Assembly (NCBI GenBank): GCA_013239625.1 | Contig: MU054096.1 | Coordinates: forward strand, 347,098-411,097 | Source of the DNA: Lama guanicoe | Taxonomy: Eukaryota | Direction: 5' to 3' | Length of the DNA stretch: 64,000 bases | Part shown: one piece after another, positions 58,918 through 64,000 of the stretch | How positions within the stretch are numbered: the first letter of the stretch is position 1 | Layout of the letters: each line of letters starts with the position of its first letter | Program-made: the position numbers and the translations under genes | The notes under the pieces: model-generated | What the model saw: the letters and a program-made list of their open reading frames with translations, nothing else | Databases searched by the model: none | What the model was told of the DNA's origin: nothing

Positions 58918-61900
58918 AAACCTCAATCTCTTGTTTGTAAAAAGTATCAATTCTTATTGCCAACAATCTTGTAAAGCTGTTATGATGGAATGACATTGCG
59001 ATGTCTGATGAAATGATGCACTGAATTTCTTTAAAAAATGATGTTAGGAGTGTAATTTTATTTTCTAGACTGCCCCCGTTCCCATGGGGCTGTGATTCTA
59101 GCTCATCACACTCTCTGTTGTATACGCCTCTGTCCCCTTCTCAACGCTGAGGTAAGCCCTGGTCCTCGGACGACTCAGGGACCCAGGACTCCCACAGTGC
59201 GAGGCCCAGGGCACCGGAGTCACCTGGATTTGGGGAGGACACTTGGCACGCGTCTGCAGATTGTATCACTGGGATTCCGGTGATGAATTCAGCCTGGGCC
59301 TGTGGTGTCTTTTCTCTTGAGAATTGGAGGCTACGAAGGTATGGCTGGATCAGAAAACCAATTAGGAAGGGGAAGTGGAATGAATACATGATCTCAGGTA
59401 AAACCTTTGGTGAGGCTTAATAAGGAGGAAGCTAGATTCCATAATGGAGCCGGGCAATCTCCATTTTAGAAGGTGGACTGCCTGGGGGGCATTTAAATGC
59501 TGACAAAGGTCTGTCAGGCTTCAGTAGGGCTGTCTAAGATCTACTTCTTTTTACATGTTGCTCTCATTGCATATCAAAGGGATAATTCTTCCTGGATTTT
59601 GAAAAACAAAACAAATGAATACCAATTGCCCTTCAAGACCAAACGCTCCGCCCACGTCTCAGAACCGGCAAACAGCTTTAGAAAACAGTTTTTGTTTTTG
59701 AAAGAAGCGATCTCATTAGAAGTGTTTTGTAACTGGAAGGAAATACACCAAGATGGTAATAGTGTTTGCTGTTTGGGACCGGGGCTTCTTGTGGACCAGG
59801 TGTTGGTTTTTGGCGGTGGGTTTTGGTTTTTTGGTTTTTTGTTTTGGTTTTGGTTTTTTATTCTTTCTGGATATTTCTCCATTATGATTATTTTCCAATA
59901 CAAGAAAATTCAAAGCCACTCCTCTGAATGATAACTCCTAATTTCCCCTTTAATATTTCTGCAGACAGGTCCTCCCTTCAGTAGATGGTAAGTGCTTCTG
60001 TTTCAGCTGAAGACAGCTGAAAATTCAGTGGTTTTCATTTCATGGTTGTTTCTTTTTCTTCACTTCCCATTTCCCCAACAAGTCTCTCCGTTGTCGACAT
60101 TGGGTTTTCAGCTTAACCGGGTACGTAGGGCTCAGAAATTGCTCAAAGACTGCCAAGTGTAGAATTCCATTTCTCCCCGCTCCGTTTTAATTTCCTTTAG
60201 CAATTTAGCACTTCTTTTCAAACCACACATATAGAAAAAAACCAGAGAAGTTTCTTAACACCCTAATCACATGGAAAGACTTGGCACTGTTTCTATTTAT
60301 ATGGTTTGGGCAAGTTATATTTCAAGCAAAGAGCTTCATCTCAGAACCAAAGAAAGAATTTTTTTTTTTAAGTCCCTTGTAAGCAACTAACGCTTTCAGA
60401 CAAGATGCACCATGAAAAGCAAAACACAACCTACACTTTTAGGCAGTAGTATCAGAAGGATGCACAGCTTAAGAATTGGTAAGACTAAATATTATACTTC
60501 TAACTTAGAGAAATCACCATGTCAACACAGTTTTGCATTTTTCTTAGCAGTCGGTTAATACTTACATGAGCCATTATATGAATTTTTAGTCAAAATAAAA
60601 TCATGTTTTATTTCAGGAAAAATAAAATTATGTAGCTCATAATTTGGATGAAGCCTCCCAGTCTCAGTGTTTACACGTTCAGGAAAACACTGCACTTGGC
60701 AGCTACGGATAAGTCAAAAGAAAGGGAGGGATCACGTATTAGGGAAATTCACTTTATTTTGGTTAAACATAAACTCTTGCAGGGTTTTGCTTTTGCAGAG
60801 AGGTAAGTCATACTTCTTCAAGGAGAGAAAGTAGGAGATCAGGGGAGAGCGATTATTGCAAAATAAAGAAAATTTTCCTTGCTAAACTCTGAAGGTAACA
60901 AAAATGTGAGCGACCAAAGCAAATAGCCTGGATTACAGGGTCTGGGATGTATTTATGTGGTTACTTACCATTTGGAAACAGGAAAAATAGAATTTTAATT
61001 TACAGTAATCTATCAGATATGTTTTGTTTGATCGTTCTAGGCAATTTCTAACTTCTGTCTTTTTTAATGTCACTGTGTCCCCCAATAACAGTGTCTTCTG
61101 TGTCTGTAGTGATTCGCGGTTTTCAAGTGGCTTATTTTCTTTTTTAAATTGTTTTTATGAACAGGAATATCTTCAGTTTACTAAGTACAAGAGCAATGGA
61201 TAGTGAAAATTCCTTTCCACTCATTTTCATTTAGCTGATTTATTTTTCTTTGTATGTATTTTGAATTAAGCCATTGTTTTTTGACTGTTAAAAATAAGTT
61301 GGTCCTGCAAGGATTTCTTCAGAACAACTTCCTTTGCTACCAGTGAAATGATGTTTTTTTATTTCTGCACTTTCTGAATCGCTGTTTTGAATTCATCTTC
61401 AGATCCAGACTCAGTGGGAAGACTTCTGGCAAGGGGATGACAGATTCAACTCTTCTATGGCTTTGTTGGTAGACCTGGGGAACAAACATTTAAATTCAAA
61501 ACAATGATAGTGGGGGTAAATTTCAGCTTTAGAAATAAGCGGAAAATGAAAAGAAAACAATATACACAGACACAGGTTCGATGGGGACAATATTTCTGGT
61601 TTTGTTTGTTTTTCAAATAGATTATTTTGCATTGGGAAGATTTCTTTAAGTATAGGGTCTTCCTGATGCATTTAAAATATAATTTACTTGATCAATATTC
61701 TTAAAGAATAATTGTTGAGGAAATTAACATGCTCTTTCATCAACCAACACTGGTTGTTTTAAACCAAATCCTTGAGGTAGGATTAAGTTGGAGATGAGAT
61801 CAACACTTTCTTAAGGGCATTTGCACTTTCTGGGGCACAGTTTTCTCATTTCTGTTATAACCCTGAGAACAAAGGGTTTTGTAGTGCCCACCCTACCTTC

Positions 61901-62309
61901 CTATGAGCAGTGTTGTATGAACATATTTAGATAATATTTTTGGCCAAGGTGGCTGATGGTCTACCTAATTTGTGTAGTCTCCCGTCCAGAGGCCCAGCCA
62001 CTCAGGCACACTACCATCCTGGGGCCCCTACATCCAGGTAACTGCCTCCCGCCATGAAGTGTGGACAGAAGGGATGGATGTCTTATCTAAGCTGAAGGTG
62101 TTAAGAAGTGGGTCTACCTTCTTAAAACCTTAAAGTGGTCTACTGGTCAGAAATAGAGCCCCCAAGGCGCCAGCGGGTGATGGAAACCCAAGACAGAAGG
62201 AACCCGGGACGGGAGGAGCCTTGAGAGGATATTAAAAACCAGGAACCTCGGTTCTCACCTCACTGGCTTCCATCGGAGGTGCATGTTTTGGCTTTATCTC
62301 AAACTATGC

Positions 62310-62515
62310 GGAGGGGATCCACAGGATTCTCGAAGATCCTTTCATGGTGACCATGAAGGTAAAACTGTTTTTGTCATATTACCAGGTATTAATTACGTTT
62401 TCATCCTCCTTCTCTCGAAAGTGTGTAGAGGGTTATCTACATAACACAGATGACATCATGGCTCTGATGGCTGATGGAACACGTGCTCGTGTATTCATGT
62501 TTTAAAAATTTCTTG
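62310..62515. mobile_element. Charlie1-like hAT fragment
   Basis: GATGACATCATGGCTCTGATGGCTGATGGAAC resembles Charlie1. Confidence 0.6.
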
Positions 62516-62520
62516 TGTTT

Positions 62521-62645
62521 GGGGGGTGATTAGAGCTCAGTGGTAGAGTGCAGTGCTTAACATGCACAAGGTCCTGGGTTCAATCCCCAGGACCTCCATT
62601 AAAAACAAATAAACCTAATTACCTCCCCCCCAAAACAAAACAAAA
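62521..62645 (+). mobile_element. Vic-1-like SINE
   Basis: AGCTCAGTGGTAGAG...GTCCTGGGTTCAATCCCCAG...AACCTAATTACCTCCCC. Confidence 0.9.
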
Positions 62646-63457
62646 TACTGTGTTAGCTTCAGATGTACAACACAGTGATTCATTTTTTTGTTTTGTTTTG
62701 GTTTTTTTGCAATTTATATTCCATTATAGATTATTATAAGATACTGGATATTCTCTGTGCTACACAGTAAATCTTTATTGCTTATCTATTTTACATATAG
62801 TACTTTGTATCTGCTAATCCTGTACTCCTAATTTGTCCCACTTACTCCCTCTCCCCTTTGGTAACCATAGTTTGTTTTCTATGTCTGAGTCTGTCTCTGT
62901 TTTGTGTATATTCATTTGTATTATTTTTTTAGATTCCATGTATAAGTGATATCATACAGTATTTGTCTTTCCCTGTCTGATTTATTTCATTGAGCATACT
63001 ATTCTGTATGTCCGCCCATGTTGCTGCAAAGGGCCTTATTTCATTCTTTTTCACGACTCAGTAGTATTCCATTGTAGAAATATACCACATCGTCTTAAGC
63101 CAATCTGTTGTTGGACACTTAGGTTGCTTCCATGTCTGGGCTATTGTAAATAGTGCTGCTATGAACATTGGGGTATGTGCATCTTTCCAAACAAGAATTC
63201 TCATTTTTTTCCCAGATATACACCCAGGAGTGAGATTCCTGAATCACATAGTAGTTCTATTTTTAGTTTTTTAGGGAATTTCCATACTGTTTTCCACAGT
63301 GGCTGCACCAATTTACAGCCCCATCAAGAGTGTACACGGGATCCCTTTTCTCCACCAGCATTTATTATTCATAGACTTTTTGGTGATGGCTATTCTGATG
63401 GGCGTGAGGTGATACCTCATTGCAGTTTTCATTTGCATTTCTCTAATAATTAGTGAC
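62646..63457 (-). mobile_element. LINE-1 3' fragment (ORF2 end and 3' UTR)
   Basis: TCCATACTGTTTTCCACAGTGGCTGCACCAATTTAC and TTTGCATTTCTCTAATAATTAGTGA. Confidence 0.9.
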
Positions 63458-63951
63458 AATCTTCATCTTTGCCTGCCTCCCAATCCCAGCCTTCCTTTAA
63501 AAAGAGCAAGAAGCTTGTCAAAATTGGCACCTCTTAAATTGGCAGTGTCTTAGAGAAACAAAAACAAAAACCTGCTTTGAAAATCATTGAGACGGGATGT
63601 CAGAGGTGTCACTGGCGGTGCTAACCCACGTAGCTGGCGTTGGTAGTGGCTCTGCTCTCTACTGGGCTTCTCAAGACAGTGCTGAGTTTACCCTTTCCCA
63701 ACTCTGGTGACCAAAATAGCTTATTATTAATCTTATTACGGTTTTAATTGGCAGCTCTCTAATTATTACTAAGCTTGATCATTTCCCCTGAAAGAGTCAA
63801 TGGACAATTGCCTTTGTCAAGATTGCCTTAAGATCCTATAGCAGTAAAGCAATGGGAGTAGCATTTAGATGGGTGGAATTTGTAAATATTTAATATTCAA
63901 GCTGTGATACCTTTAACACATGTTCACTCACTAAATCCCTATTTCTATATT

Positions 63952-64000
63952 CTTTTTTTGGGCGGGGGAGGAAATTAGGTTTTTTTATTTATTTTTACTA
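63952..64000 (-). mobile_element. Tail of a Vic-1-like SINE cut by the window edge
   Basis: TTTTTGGGCGGGGAGGAAATTAGGTTT tail module shared with the other copies. Confidence 0.7.

Overview
This is mammalian genomic DNA, most likely camelid (alpaca/camel), judged from the Vic-1-like tRNA-derived SINEs and lineage-type LINE-1 3' ends. The only protein-coding sequence I can support is the start of EOMES (eomesodermin/TBR2) on the minus strand. Its ATG is at 231 and it reads MQLGEQLLVSSVNLPGAHFYPLESAR-G9-SAGHLPGAAPSPQRLDLDKAPKKFSGSLSCEAGSGEPAAASA off the left edge; the supplied ORF track misses it. The other ~63 kb is the upstream regulatory gene desert. It holds the 5' UTR and TATA/CCAAT promoter, CpG islands out to ~9 kb, then a mosaic of SINE, LINE-1, L2, MIR, MaLR/ERV LTR and hAT relics between unique segments with transcription-factor motif clusters, plus one 326-N gap. 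I find no new protein-coding system. The best second-look items are: a MER41-like solo LTR whose GAS site has STAT6-type spacing, next to a dense motif cluster; an L1-mobilised polyadenylated retrocopy of a related LTR 3' end; a 21-bp minisatellite of phased RUNX/E-box sites; a perfect ERE core, uORF and alternative splice donor in the EOMES leader; and several unusual insertion scars. Repeat family names come from recalled consensus sequences, and boundaries are approximate unless target-site duplications (TSDs) are given.
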